Source: a virus
Taxonomy: Duplodnaviria; Caudoviricetes
Reading direction: 5' to 3' (one strand)
Virus record (IMG/VR): IMGVR_UViG_3300025674_000014
Length of the DNA: 64,000 nucleotides
A program made the translations under genes and the position numbers. Shown piece by piece: positions 1 through 9,439 of the stretch. Each line of letters opens with the position of its first letter. Position 1 is the stretch's first letter. The notes below the pieces were generated by a model. The model was given only the letters and a program-made list of their open reading frames with translations, was not told the DNA's origin and searched no databases.

Positions 1-2
1 AG

Positions 3-341
3 TTTGATATTCAGTTTTCTAAAATTGCTGAACTTGCAAAGGGTGCAGCATTTGTATCTGAGTCGGATAAGTTGTATTTCAATATAAATGAAGAGGGTAT
101 TTACGGTGAAATTACAGATAAAACTAATTCATCAGTTGATAGTTATTCAATACTACTAAGTGAAGAAGGTCAGAACGTAGATATGTCATTTCCAGTTCAT
201 TTTGATATTGTAAGACTACTTACTAGTTCAAGTTCAGATAAAATTAACGTGCAGATTAATACCAATCAAGGATATTGTATCTTTAACATTGATACTGGTA
301 CAAGTAATCTTAAGTATATCGTATCTGGGCTTCAATCATGA
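3..341 (+). CDS. gp45: DNA polymerase sliding clamp (T4 gp45-like), 5'-truncated
   Basis: The frame is open from position 3 (FDIQFSKIAELAKG...). TDKTNSSVDSYSI and the C-terminal LKYIVSGLQS resemble the gp45 C-terminal half. Confidence 0.55.
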   Translation, partial: FDIQFSKIAELAKGAAFVSESDKLYFNINEEGIYGEITDKTNSSVDSYSILLSEEGQNVDMSFPVHFDIVRLLTSSSSDKINVQINTNQGYCIFNIDTGTSNLKYIVSGLQS

Positions 342-667
342 GTAATAAAATTTCAACATTAGGTTATTTTAAGAAAAGACTCAAAGATAATGGGTTTATA
401 GTACTTGATTTATTTAAAAATTACAGTGAAAAAGATAATAGACGTTGGACTGTAATGGTAAATCCTAACCATGAAAGTTTAATTATAACTTGTAAAAAGG
501 ACCCAGACTTTGAATCACCTATTTTTGAGTTTACTGATTCGGTTTTGAAGATGCCTTTAAAGGTAGCTACTTCATCAATGGAGGTTATTATTGAAAAATT
601 GTTAACTACATTAAAAATTAGCAATGATAATAAAAATTCACCTTATTTTAAACCTAAACAATCTTGA
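338..667 (+). CDS. hypothetical protein
   Basis: 109-aa ORF whose start overlaps the upstream stop (ATGA). Confidence 0.7.
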   Translation: MSNKISTLGYFKKRLKDNGFIVLDLFKNYSEKDNRRWTVMVNPNHESLIITCKKDPDFESPIFEFTDSVLKMPLKVATSSMEVIIEKLLTTLKISNDNKNSPYFKPKQS

Positions 668-696
668 AATATAAAATAAACAAATAAAATATTGAT

Positions 697-1791
697 ATGT
701 CAGAAGATAATATTATAGATGCAGAATTCGAAGAAACCCCTAATGAGGAAACCACTCCGGAAGTAGTAGAAGAACAGACACAGCCTACTGACGAATACCA
801 ACCTAACGAAAGAATTAAAGTTCTAATTGTAGGTAAGGGTTATATTGGTGAAACATTAAGTAACTTTTTAGCAATTGACGAAGAAAATGTAGAAGTACAT
901 AGTATTAATAGAGAGCAAGTTAACTATCTAGATAGACAAGATCTTCTTACGTTTTTTATTAACTATGAAAATGAAGGAGTTAAATTTGACCATGTTGTAA
1001 ACTGTGTAGGTTATGCTGGTGAACAGAATATTGATGATGCTAAAGACAATAAAGAGCTAGCATACTATCTAAATGCTATCTTTCCTATCACTCTTGCATC
1101 TGTCGTGCAGGAAATGGAAATACCTTCATTGATTCATATCGGTTCGGGTTGTATTTACACTGGTATATCAGAAAATGAAAACGGTTGGAAGGAAGAAGAC
1201 ATTCCAAACTTCGGTCTTAACAATGAAGAGTCTTCTTGGTACTCTAAGACCAAGCATGCATCTGAAATGGCATTGACTTCATCGTTTAAGAATGTGTATA
1301 GTTTGCGTATTCGTATGCCATTTAGTGAAGTACCTTCACCTAAAGGTAATAGAAACCTTTTTGAAAAGCTTATTAAGTATACCACCATTCTTAATGAAGA
1401 GAATAGTGCTACTTATTTGTTTGATCTTCATAATACTATTTATAACATTGTTGTATCTAATGAAATCCCATATGGTATCTATAATGTTGTAAGTGATGGT
1501 AAGTTTAGTCCTGCTCTATTCGTAGAAATCTTGAGAGAAAAAGGAGATAAGCTTAAAGAGGCTGGTATTATTGAAGAGGTTTCTGATCTTGATAGGTATG
1601 AGTTAGTTAACCTTGAACAATTCAAGGAAAAGAACCTTACCAAAGAAAATAGAAGTGTTACAATTGTTGATAACGGTCTTGTTAAAGAAATGATTAATAT
1701 TGAATATGCTAATATTAGTGACAAAGAGTTCTTATCAGGAATTATTGATCAATATATTGAAAATATAAAGATCGTGAAAACTAATGATTAA
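697..1791 (+). CDS. NDP-4-keto-6-deoxyglucose 3,5-epimerase/4-reductase (NRS/ER- or RmlD-like SDR)
   Basis: GKGYIG Rossmann motif, CVGYAG..NID, HIGSGCIY, YSKTK catalytic motif and LRIRMP. Acidic N-terminal extension of about 37 aa. Confidence 0.75.
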   Translation: MSEDNIIDAEFEETPNEETTPEVVEEQTQPTDEYQPNERIKVLIVGKGYIGETLSNFLAIDEENVEVHSINREQVNYLDRQDLLTFFINYENEGVKFDHVVNCVGYAGEQNIDDAKDNKELAYYLNAIFPITLASVVQEMEIPSLIHIGSGCIYTGISENENGWKEEDIPNFGLNNEESSWYSKTKHASEMALTSSFKNVYSLRIRMPFSEVPSPKGNRNLFEKLIKYTTILNEENSATYLFDLHNTIYNIVVSNEIPYGIYNVVSDGKFSPALFVEILREKGDKLKEAGIIEEVSDLDRYELVNLEQFKEKNLTKENRSVTIVDNGLVKEMINIEYANISDKEFLSGIIDQYIENIKIVKTND

Positions 1792-2851
1792 TATTTTAAT
1801 AATTGGTAAAGGTTATATTGGAAGAAATTTAGCTACCTTTTTAACGCAACCTGATATATCAATTTATAACATTGAAAAATCTGATCTAGATTATTGGTCT
1901 TATGATAATCTAGATCAATATATACAATCTCAAAAAAATAAAGGTATTACATTTAGCTTTATTATTAATTGTACTGGATTCTACGGTGATCAAATAAATG
2001 AATGTAATCATTACCCTAGATTATTTTTACACTTAACTGCAACTCTTCCAATTATACTATCTAACCTATGTACTAAGCATAATTGTAAATACATTCACTT
2101 AAGTTCTGCAGATATATACAATGGAGATAATGCTTTTACTAAAGATGAAATAGGTAGTATGGTGAGTTTTGCTCTTACCGTAAATGAGGGTTGGTCAGAA
2201 AATAATTTACCTAATCATGGAATATTTGCAAATAAATCCTCAACTTTTTCTAAAACACACCATGTTATAGAAAATTGTTTAAGGGGTTTAAACAACGTTT
2301 ATATTTTAAGAATAAAAAATTGTATTAGCGGTATTTTCCATAAAAAAAATTATCTATTAAAAGTAATAACAAAAGAAAGAATTATTAATAAAGAAAATTC
2401 AGTTACATTTTTACCTGATCTCTTTAATTTTATTAATGAAATATTAAAAGCTTCAAATATACCCACTGGTATATACAATATAGTTAATGGTGAATGTTTT
2501 TTTAATAAGATAATTTTTGATGAACTAAAAAATTACACAGACGAGTTTGAAAATTTGAAAATATTTTTTAATAGAAAAGCATTAATTGATAATAATTTAA
2601 AATTATCCCCAGAACGACCTTTTGCAATTCTAAAAAATACTAAGGCAAGTAAGTATATTAATTTTACTAAAGTAGATAATCAGTTAATTAATAAATGTTT
2701 AAAAGAAATTATAGAAGATAAAAAAATAAACGATTATTATTTTAGCGTTCATAATGAAAAAAATGTTAGTTTGAGGGATGAAAGTAGATATTCAAATAAA
2801 CCAGATTTAGTTAACGAATCTTTAGTTGAAAAAATGTGGAATAATGCATAA
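1784..2851 (+). CDS. paralogous epimerase/reductase-like SDR with degenerate catalytic motif
   Basis: GKGYIG is retained and the protein is collinear with the upstream paralog. YSKTK is replaced by FSKTH (2246-2260). Confidence 0.7.
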   Translation: MINILIIGKGYIGRNLATFLTQPDISIYNIEKSDLDYWSYDNLDQYIQSQKNKGITFSFIINCTGFYGDQINECNHYPRLFLHLTATLPIILSNLCTKHNCKYIHLSSADIYNGDNAFTKDEIGSMVSFALTVNEGWSENNLPNHGIFANKSSTFSKTHHVIENCLRGLNNVYILRIKNCISGIFHKKNYLLKVITKERIINKENSVTFLPDLFNFINEILKASNIPTGIYNIVNGECFFNKIIFDELKNYTDEFENLKIFFNRKALIDNNLKLSPERPFAILKNTKASKYINFTKVDNQLINKCLKEIIEDKKINDYYFSVHNEKNVSLRDESRYSNKPDLVNESLVEKMWNNA

Positions 2852-2862
2852 TTATTAAATGC

Positions 2863-3801
2863 ATGAATATTTTAGTCACAGGTGGTTTTGGTTTTATTGG
2901 CAGTCATCTTTGCAACTATTTAACCGATAAAGGTTGCAGCGTCTATAATATTGATAATAAAACCTACGCCTGTGACTATGTTAATATTAATAACGTTAAA
3001 ATTAAAAAGCATTTTAACTTAGATATTAACGAACCTTTTAATTTTAACGATTTTACAAACTTAGATCGATTTGATGCATGTATACATTTAGCTGCTGAAA
3101 GTCATGTCGATAATAGCATTAAAAACCCTAACATTTTTGCTTTAACTAATGTAGTTGGTACTATAAATGTACTTAATTTAGCTAAACAACTTCGTATACC
3201 TCGTTTTATCCAAGTATCAACAGATGAAGTATACGGTTCATTAGGTGAAAACGAACCTTCTTGGACAGAAAATACCCCTATTAGTCCAAACTCACCATAT
3301 TCAGCATCAAAAGCAAGTGGAGATATGATTGCATTATCATATCACCGTACATATGGTATGGATATACGCATTACCCGTTGTTGTAATAACTTTGGTATAG
3401 GTCAACATATTGAAAAACTTATCCCTAAATCAATTAACTGTGCAAACAAGTACGGTTTTATCGATATATACGGTGACGGTACAAATGTAAGAGAATGGAT
3501 ACATGCCCATGATCATGCAAGAGGTATTTTTAAAGTGTTACAGTTTGGTAATGCTGGTGAAATATACAATATAGGCTCAGGAGAAGAATTAACTAATAAC
3601 GAAATAGCTTCTATGATTAGTACATTTACTGGAACTAATGCGAAGTTAAGCTATATTGAAGATAGGAAAGGTCACGATAAAAGATACTCTTTAAACTTTG
3701 ATAAGATTGCAAATCTAGGGTTTAAATGTAGGAGATCAATTCGTGATAGTAAAGAATGGGATGAGATGGTTCAGTATTACAAAGAATACCAAAAAGCCTA
3801 A
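2863..3801 (+). CDS. rmlB: dTDP-glucose 4,6-dehydratase
   Basis: GGFGFIG, HLAAESHVDNSI, STDEVYGSL, PYSASKAS, NNFG and REWIH motifs. Confidence 0.92.
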   Translation: MNILVTGGFGFIGSHLCNYLTDKGCSVYNIDNKTYACDYVNINNVKIKKHFNLDINEPFNFNDFTNLDRFDACIHLAAESHVDNSIKNPNIFALTNVVGTINVLNLAKQLRIPRFIQVSTDEVYGSLGENEPSWTENTPISPNSPYSASKASGDMIALSYHRTYGMDIRITRCCNNFGIGQHIEKLIPKSINCANKYGFIDIYGDGTNVREWIHAHDHARGIFKVLQFGNAGEIYNIGSGEELTNNEIASMISTFTGTNAKLSYIEDRKGHDKRYSLNFDKIANLGFKCRRSIRDSKEWDEMVQYYKEYQKA

Positions 3802-4027
3802 AAAGAGATTTTTATATGCAGTAAAAAACGGAGATCACGCTGGTAAATTTATTGCATACATCGATACTCTACAAGATCACTACTGTTTTCTCGCAGTACC
3901 AGGTAATGAAAAACTAAAAGTACCTATTAAAGACTTCGAAAACGGGATAGATAATGGGATAGTTGAATTTGTTGAAAAATTACCCAGAGATGTTTTCAAA
4001 GTTTTAGAAGCACAACACCTCACTTGA
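3743..4027 (+). CDS. hypothetical protein (start uncertain)
   Basis: ORF overlaps the rmlB 3' end and fills the gap to the next promoter. Confidence 0.5.
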   Translation: MIVKNGMRWFSITKNTKKPKKRFLYAVKNGDHAGKFIAYIDTLQDHYCFLAVPGNEKLKVPIKDFENGIDNGIVEFVEKLPRDVFKVLEAQHLT

Positions 4028-4051
4028 CTATCATCAGATTTTTCATATAAT
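4024..4051 (+). promoter_or_regulatory. sigma70-type promoter
   Basis: TTGACT-16 nt-TATAAT, with the ATG at 4058 only 6 nt after the -10 box. Confidence 0.6.
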
Positions 4052-4057
4052 ATTAAT

Positions 4058-4261
4058 ATGAAATCGTTAAAAGATCGCATTCTTAGTGCTAAAACGAAAA
4101 CTGAACTCGATTCTTTGTGTGAAGAATTTGCAAAATTTACTTCTGTTTCAACAAACACAAAAACTAAAGTAAGAAAAGCTTTAAAGCGACGCATCGATGA
4201 ACTAGACGGAGCAGTTCAAACTAAAAAAGCCAAAAAGACTAAAAAGACTAAAGGTGAATAA
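4058..4261 (+). CDS. small basic hypothetical protein
   Basis: 67-aa Lys-rich ORF whose stop overlaps the next start. Confidence 0.65.
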   Translation: MKSLKDRILSAKTKTELDSLCEEFAKFTSVSTNTKTKVRKALKRRIDELDGAVQTKKAKKTKKTKGE

Positions 4262-5154
4262 TGACAACTCTTATTCTTGATGCAAATAATCTTTTGTATC
4301 GCACTTTTTGGTTTTCTAAAAATAATTTAGAGGGTGAAGACTTATCTACCCTTATGTTTTTACGAGCTGTAAAGTCGTATGTTGATAAATTTAAGCCAGA
4401 TCAAGTTTATGCTGCCTGGGATAAAAAGTTAACCTATCCTTCTACTAACTTTCGTAAGAATACTTCAAATGGTGCATATAAAAGCAATCGTGATAGTGAA
4501 GTAGCTAAAGAAGCTCACCGTAATGATGAACTAATCAAAGATCTACTTAACTGTTTGGGTATTAAAAGTATGTACCCTAACGTTATGGAAGCAGATGACG
4601 TTATTGCTTATCTTTGTCACAAGTTACCTGGTAAAAAGTTCGTTGTTACTGTTGACAAGGACTTGTATCAACTTATTAATGATACAACTTTTGTGTTTAA
4701 CCCTATTCAGAAAGTAACGGTTACGCCAGATAACTTTATGACTTATACAAAAGGGGTTAGTTTAGATCACTTCCTTGACTATAAAGCATTAGTTGGTGAT
4801 AATAGTGATAACATCAAAGGTTTATACAAAGTAGGTCATAAACGAGCACTTAATTTGATTGAGAAGTTCAAAGATCAATCAATTGACCAAGTGTTGAATG
4901 AACAACAGTATGATATCTATAAGAAAAATATACAAATTATGGATCTTAAAATTGGTTATAAACATTACCCAGATGAAGAACCGATTTATTCGTCTCAAAT
5001 GGGTGAAGGTATGCCTGAAAAAGACTTAGATACATTTTTTGATCATTGTGCAGAAAATAAGTATGGTTCAATTATGAAAAATAAAGATAAATGGATTAAT
5101 ACTTTCAAATTAAAAGATTCACTACAAGAAGCTATAGCTAAATTAAATATTTGA
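4261..5154 (+). CDS. rnh: 5'-3' exonuclease / RNase H (T4 rnh, FEN-like)
   Basis: LILDANN, YKSNR, EADDVIA, TVDKDLYQL and GDNSDNIKG motifs. Confidence 0.9.
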   Translation: MTTLILDANNLLYRTFWFSKNNLEGEDLSTLMFLRAVKSYVDKFKPDQVYAAWDKKLTYPSTNFRKNTSNGAYKSNRDSEVAKEAHRNDELIKDLLNCLGIKSMYPNVMEADDVIAYLCHKLPGKKFVVTVDKDLYQLINDTTFVFNPIQKVTVTPDNFMTYTKGVSLDHFLDYKALVGDNSDNIKGLYKVGHKRALNLIEKFKDQSIDQVLNEQQYDIYKKNIQIMDLKIGYKHYPDEEPIYSSQMGEGMPEKDLDTFFDHCAENKYGSIMKNKDKWINTFKLKDSLQEAIAKLNI

Positions 5155-5155
5155 T

Positions 5156-5353
5156 ATGAATAATAACATTAATAACATGCAGATGGTACGACCAGTACCT
5201 ATTACCAGTCCTATTTCTGGTAATCCAGTGCATCCTAGGTTACATACATTTGAAAGAAATGGTGAAAGAATAACCGAGGCTCATTGGATTGATCCTAACA
5301 GCGGTACTTTTATTAGAAAAGGCGTTGTTTCTATTGAACCATTAGAGAAATAA
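5156..5353 (+). CDS. hypothetical protein
   Basis: 65-aa ORF between rnh and primase. Confidence 0.65.
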   Translation: MNNNINNMQMVRPVPITSPISGNPVHPRLHTFERNGERITEAHWIDPNSGTFIRKGVVSIEPLEK

Positions 5354-5371
5354 TATATAATCCTCCTTGGT

Positions 5372-6412
5372 ATGATATTACCTGAGGCATACATCGTACA
5401 AAAATTTTATCAATACGCTGGACGGCCGAAGTATAATAGACTTGCAAAGACTTACCAAGGAGGATGTCCTGTGTGTAGAGAGGGTAAGTCTTGGGGTAAA
5501 AAACGTCGGTTGTTCTATGTTGTAAAAGATAATTTCGTTCATTGTCACAATTGTGGTTGGCATTCTAATCCTATGAACTGGATTGTTGAAGTGTCGAGCA
5601 TGACTGTAGGTGAAATATACAAGGAAGCAGAAGAGTATGATCTGTTACCTAAAGATCTTTCTGCAGATGTTGATATAAGTGCGGTTGTAAAAAAAGCTTT
5701 ACATAGATCATTACCAGAAGATAGTATTAATCTATTTGATGAGGGTCAAATAAAGTATTATAACTCAAATGCATTAGTACAAACTGCTCTTAACTACATA
5801 AAAAAACGTAAATTAGATAAGGCTATTAATAGACCTAAAGCCCTTTACTTCTCACTTAAAGATAAAGTACATAAGAATAGACTTATCATACCTTTCTACG
5901 ATGTCTCCGGTAAGATCATCTTTTATCAAAGTAGAACTATCATTGAGAACTACAAAGTTAAGCTACCTAAGTATCTAGGCAAGATCGACAGTGATAGAAG
6001 TTTGTTTAATATTAATAAAATTAAAGAAGACATTGATCAGATTTATATTATTGAAGGTCCAATTGATGCTTTCTTTGTTCAAAATGGTGTAGCTGTTGCA
6101 GGTATCAATGAAAGTAGTGATAATCTTTATACTAAACTACAAAATACTCAGTTAATGAAGTTTCCGTTTCATGAAAGAGTTATTGCACTAGACTCTCAAT
6201 GGCAAGATAAAGCTTCACTTAAGAAAACGAAAACGTTATTAGAAAAAGGCCATAAAGTATTCATTTGGCCTAAGAAGTTTGGTATTAAGTTTAAAGATTT
6301 TAATGAAATGTGCACAACTTTAGACATAGAAAAAGTCCCTAATAACTTTTTAATGCAAAATACATTCAAAGGATTACCGGGACTTGTAAAATTATCTCAA
6401 ATTATATATTAA
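5372..6412 (+). CDS. gp61: DNA primase (T4 gp61-like)
   Basis: Zinc finger CPVC...HCHNC, TOPRIM motif IEGPIDAFF, and KDFNE. Confidence 0.9.
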   Translation: MILPEAYIVQKFYQYAGRPKYNRLAKTYQGGCPVCREGKSWGKKRRLFYVVKDNFVHCHNCGWHSNPMNWIVEVSSMTVGEIYKEAEEYDLLPKDLSADVDISAVVKKALHRSLPEDSINLFDEGQIKYYNSNALVQTALNYIKKRKLDKAINRPKALYFSLKDKVHKNRLIIPFYDVSGKIIFYQSRTIIENYKVKLPKYLGKIDSDRSLFNINKIKEDIDQIYIIEGPIDAFFVQNGVAVAGINESSDNLYTKLQNTQLMKFPFHERVIALDSQWQDKASLKKTKTLLEKGHKVFIWPKKFGIKFKDFNEMCTTLDIEKVPNNFLMQNTFKGLPGLVKLSQIIY

Positions 6413-6804
6413 ACATCTGCACTATGCATATAACCTTTAAGATTCTCAATAAGAGAACTTAAATCCATTGCAACTCTAGCAATCTTTTTGGTTTCAGCAC
6501 TAGCAATCTTATTAAAAAGGGTATCGCAGCTAGCTTGATGTAATTTAGACTGTACAGAATCACCTTCACTATTAAGATAGTTAGTAAATTCTTCCATTTT
6601 AGATATCCAACTAGCCAACTCCTGGGCTTGAGCAGCATTGTTAGCCTTTACCATGTCTTCAGGTGACTGTTGAGGGGCATCGACATTGAAATCAGCTGCA
6701 TCAGTTTCAGGATCAAGCTGTGTTTCCATAGCCTCTGTATCTGTAATCTCTACTGTTTCGTCTTGCTCAAGTAATGTAATAAAACGTTTACTAAAAAAGC
6801 TCAT
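6409..6804 (-). CDS. acidic hypothetical protein, probably late
   Basis: 131-aa ORF with a TAAATA element just upstream on the minus strand. Confidence 0.7.
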   Translation of the reverse strand: MSFFSKRFITLLEQDETVEITDTEAMETQLDPETDAADFNVDAPQQSPEDMVKANNAAQAQELASWISKMEEFTNYLNSEGDSVQSKLHQASCDTLFNKIASAETKKIARVAMDLSSLIENLKGYMHSADV

Positions 6805-6823
6805 ACATTTATTTAATCTCTCC

Positions 6824-6831
6824 TATAAATA
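6824..6831 (+). promoter_or_regulatory. T4-type late promoter TATAAATA
   Basis: Exact T4 late consensus, 5 nt before the ATG at 6837. Confidence 0.65.
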
Positions 6832-6836
6832 ATAAT

Positions 6837-7241
6837 ATGGCAAGTAATAAATTACTTTTAGAAGATCAAATACAAATGTACAATAAGTGGGTTCGTGGTA
6901 TTGCTACCAGAGAGCAAAAGCCTTCTCACGTTACGGTAGGTGATTTATTACAAGCTAGTGGTACTAACGATAGAAATAAAGCTCCCTTAGAGCTACCTTA
7001 CCCTATGACGCATATCATTGAAGATATGGGTGCTTTATTCTTAGCAGCAGATAATATTGAAGCTAAAGCAAGACAAACTAAAGAAAACCCGTTAGTTACA
7101 GAGAGTGAAGACGCTACTGAACATTTAAATAACTTTATTAAACGTTGTGGTAAGATTAAGCATATTTTAAACAATATGACTAAAGATTTAGATGTAATTG
7201 TTCAGCGTAAACCATTCGAGAGTGGTAATGCAGAGTCCTAA
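6837..7241 (+). CDS. hypothetical protein
   Basis: 134-aa ORF downstream of a late promoter. Confidence 0.7.
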   Translation: MASNKLLLEDQIQMYNKWVRGIATREQKPSHVTVGDLLQASGTNDRNKAPLELPYPMTHIIEDMGALFLAADNIEAKARQTKENPLVTESEDATEHLNNFIKRCGKIKHILNNMTKDLDVIVQRKPFESGNAES

Positions 7242-7256
7242 TATTAAATTATATTA

Positions 7257-7682
7257 GTGGAATTAGTTAAATCTTTATTAATTTTATTTTCAGTTAGTGC
7301 TTCTGTGGCTGGGTGTTTCTATTTGCTTAGTTTACCATTTTTCCCGGTATTTGGTCTTGCTACTATCTTTCAAATATTTGTTTATAATTTGTTTTCTAAC
7401 TGGAGAAAACAAAGAGCTGAAATTGAGTTTGAAACAATCCAAAATGAGCGTATAAAAGAATTTTCTAAACAAGGAATAGAATGTATTTGTCCAGATGAAA
7501 ATTGTGCTGCTAAAACATATGTGCCAATACGGTTAGATTTAGAAAATAAGTACGAATGCCCTAAATGTAAAAAAAGTATAAAGGTATATATTGGGTCAAA
7601 AACATTTTTAGAAACCACACCTGTTAGTGATGACCCGTTTAAGAATTTTAATTTCGTAGAAGGAAAAGATTATGACAATTAA
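7257..7682 (+). CDS. membrane protein with zinc-ribbon domain
   Basis: Two hydrophobic N-terminal helices followed by CPDENC...CPKC. Confidence 0.65.
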   Translation: MELVKSLLILFSVSASVAGCFYLLSLPFFPVFGLATIFQIFVYNLFSNWRKQRAEIEFETIQNERIKEFSKQGIECICPDENCAAKTYVPIRLDLENKYECPKCKKSIKVYIGSKTFLETTPVSDDPFKNFNFVEGKDYDN

Positions 7683-8040
7683 TTTTAATGAATTAGAAAA
7701 TAAAGCTATACCACCTGTAGGTGACCTCCCGTCTACGGAAAGATATCATGGTACTGCTTACTATGATTCTTATAACAAAGGTATATTGGCTGCAAAAGCT
7801 ACGTTAGATGAAAAAAATAAAGAAAAGATTTTAGATAACCTAATTAGAGTTGTTATGGACGATATACTCGAACAAAACTCTAAGAATATTTCTGCTAACA
7901 GTAACATTCTCAAACTTAATATGCAGGTAATTGAAAATGCATTAAAAAATACCAAGCTAAGTAATTTTAACTTTGACCCTAAACGGGTAGCCTCTATAAT
8001 TGAAGGGTATGGAAAATTCATTGAACAAAAAAACAATTGA
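7672..8040 (+). CDS. hypothetical protein
   Basis: 122-aa ORF in an overlapping chain of genes. Confidence 0.65.
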   Translation: MTINFNELENKAIPPVGDLPSTERYHGTAYYDSYNKGILAAKATLDEKNKEKILDNLIRVVMDDILEQNSKNISANSNILKLNMQVIENALKNTKLSNFNFDPKRVASIIEGYGKFIEQKNN

Positions 8041-8044
8041 AGAC

Positions 8045-8290
8045 ATGTCACCTGAAGAAATTTCAAGGTGGATTTGTCTTTTTGAAGCAGTTAATTATGT
8101 AGCAACTAAAGCAGAAAAGATTGGGATGGACATTGACAAAAATGACTCATGGATCAAACCATTAGCATTTAAAAATTACATATCAGAGATGTATCAAAGT
8201 ACCCTTATTAATTATAAGATGGGTGATGTTGAGGTAGAACCAAGATCAGTTAAGGAATATATTTATAGAGAAAATGCATTACATACTTAA
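8045..8290 (+). CDS. hypothetical protein
   Basis: Likely start is the ATG at 8045 (MSPEEISRW), inside track ORF 8000..8290. Confidence 0.6.
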   Translation: MSPEEISRWICLFEAVNYVATKAEKIGMDIDKNDSWIKPLAFKNYISEMYQSTLINYKMGDVEVEPRSVKEYIYRENALHT

Positions 8291-8594
8291 TACAAGTTTT
8301 CAAGCCCCGGGTGGAGTTAGTTTAAGACCTCGAATAGGCGGTCCAACTAGATTTGGTATGCAAACTGAATCTGCTCCATTAACTAACTCTAAATTCGAAC
8401 CCGGTGAGATATATACTATAGTTTATATCAAAAAAGTTGAGGACGGTGTTGAGTATACGTTTAAGTCCGGTAAGGGTAAAGTAGTTACTGAAGTTTTTGC
8501 AAGTTGTAATGATGCTGATAAACTTATAGCTAATATGAGAGGGGAAACTTTACCGGACTACGATTCGTTTTATAATAATAGTTCACGAGGTTAA
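8274..8594 (+). CDS. hypothetical protein
   Basis: 106-aa ORF convergent with gp14. Confidence 0.6.
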   Translation: MHYILNTSFQAPGGVSLRPRIGGPTRFGMQTESAPLTNSKFEPGEIYTIVYIKKVEDGVEYTFKSGKGKVVTEVFASCNDADKLIANMRGETLPDYDSFYNNSSRG

Positions 8595-9439
8595 GGTCCA
8601 AACGGCCCATCTTCTGGAGCTTCAGTGTTACCGTAACCTCCATATACATTATCATAGTCAAACCCTGAATAATCAAATATTGCTTTAGATAACTCTTCAA
8701 GATCCCCATCATAACTCTTAGGTGAAGATCTATCTTGCATTCCCCCATCAAGTACACCTGAGAACTTATCATCATAAACCTGATCACTTCCACCTTCAGC
8801 ACTAAGACCAGGTTCAAAGCTATAATCGTAACGTTTAGCTTTTACCATCCAAACATAATGACCTGCTAATGGGTTTATTCTTGCAACATCTTCGTCTAAT
8901 CGTTCTGTGATTTCAAATTTTTTACCTGTACGAGGATAAGGTCTATCATCTCCAAATTCTGTTAACTCAATTATATCACCAGCTTTGGGTTCTTGTAAAT
9001 ATCCAAATGTTTGATAGAATGCACTAATGTGTATATAACCTGTAAACTCGTCGTCGGAATCAAAACCATACTTTTGAAGTATTACTGCATTTTCTTGTAA
9101 CTCAAGTAGTACAATTATTTGTTTTGGATCTTTAAACACCTTAGTAGGCTCTTCACCGTAAATGTTACCGGGTCCAGCTTCAGGTATACCATCTGCAGAT
9201 AAAGTATTGTAGGGGTTTTGCCAATATGTAACTCTTTGACCATATAAACATATCTGTTCAAACCACCAATTACTAATAACAAGCCTTTCACATAAGGTAT
9301 TATCTTTATCAGTAAATCTAAAACAGGGGTTGCATGTTTTCGGTTTAGGGTAAATTGAACCACTGCTATTTGGGGTAGGAACACCAGGTAAAAACCCTGG
9401 CATAATTTGATTAGTACCTGTATACCATGCAATAGACAT
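8591..9439 (-). CDS. gp14: neck protein (T4 gp14-like)
   Basis: EQICLYGQRVTYW, IYGEEP, KYGFDSDDE, PKAGDII and FEIT...YVW..KAKRYDYS. Confidence 0.7.
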   Translation of the reverse strand: MSIAWYTGTNQIMPGFLPGVPTPNSSGSIYPKPKTCNPCFRFTDKDNTLCERLVISNWWFEQICLYGQRVTYWQNPYNTLSADGIPEAGPGNIYGEEPTKVFKDPKQIIVLLELQENAVILQKYGFDSDDEFTGYIHISAFYQTFGYLQEPKAGDIIELTEFGDDRPYPRTGKKFEITERLDEDVARINPLAGHYVWMVKAKRYDYSFEPGLSAEGGSDQVYDDKFSGVLDGGMQDRSSPKSYDGDLEELSKAIFDYSGFDYDNVYGGYGNTEAPEDGPFGP

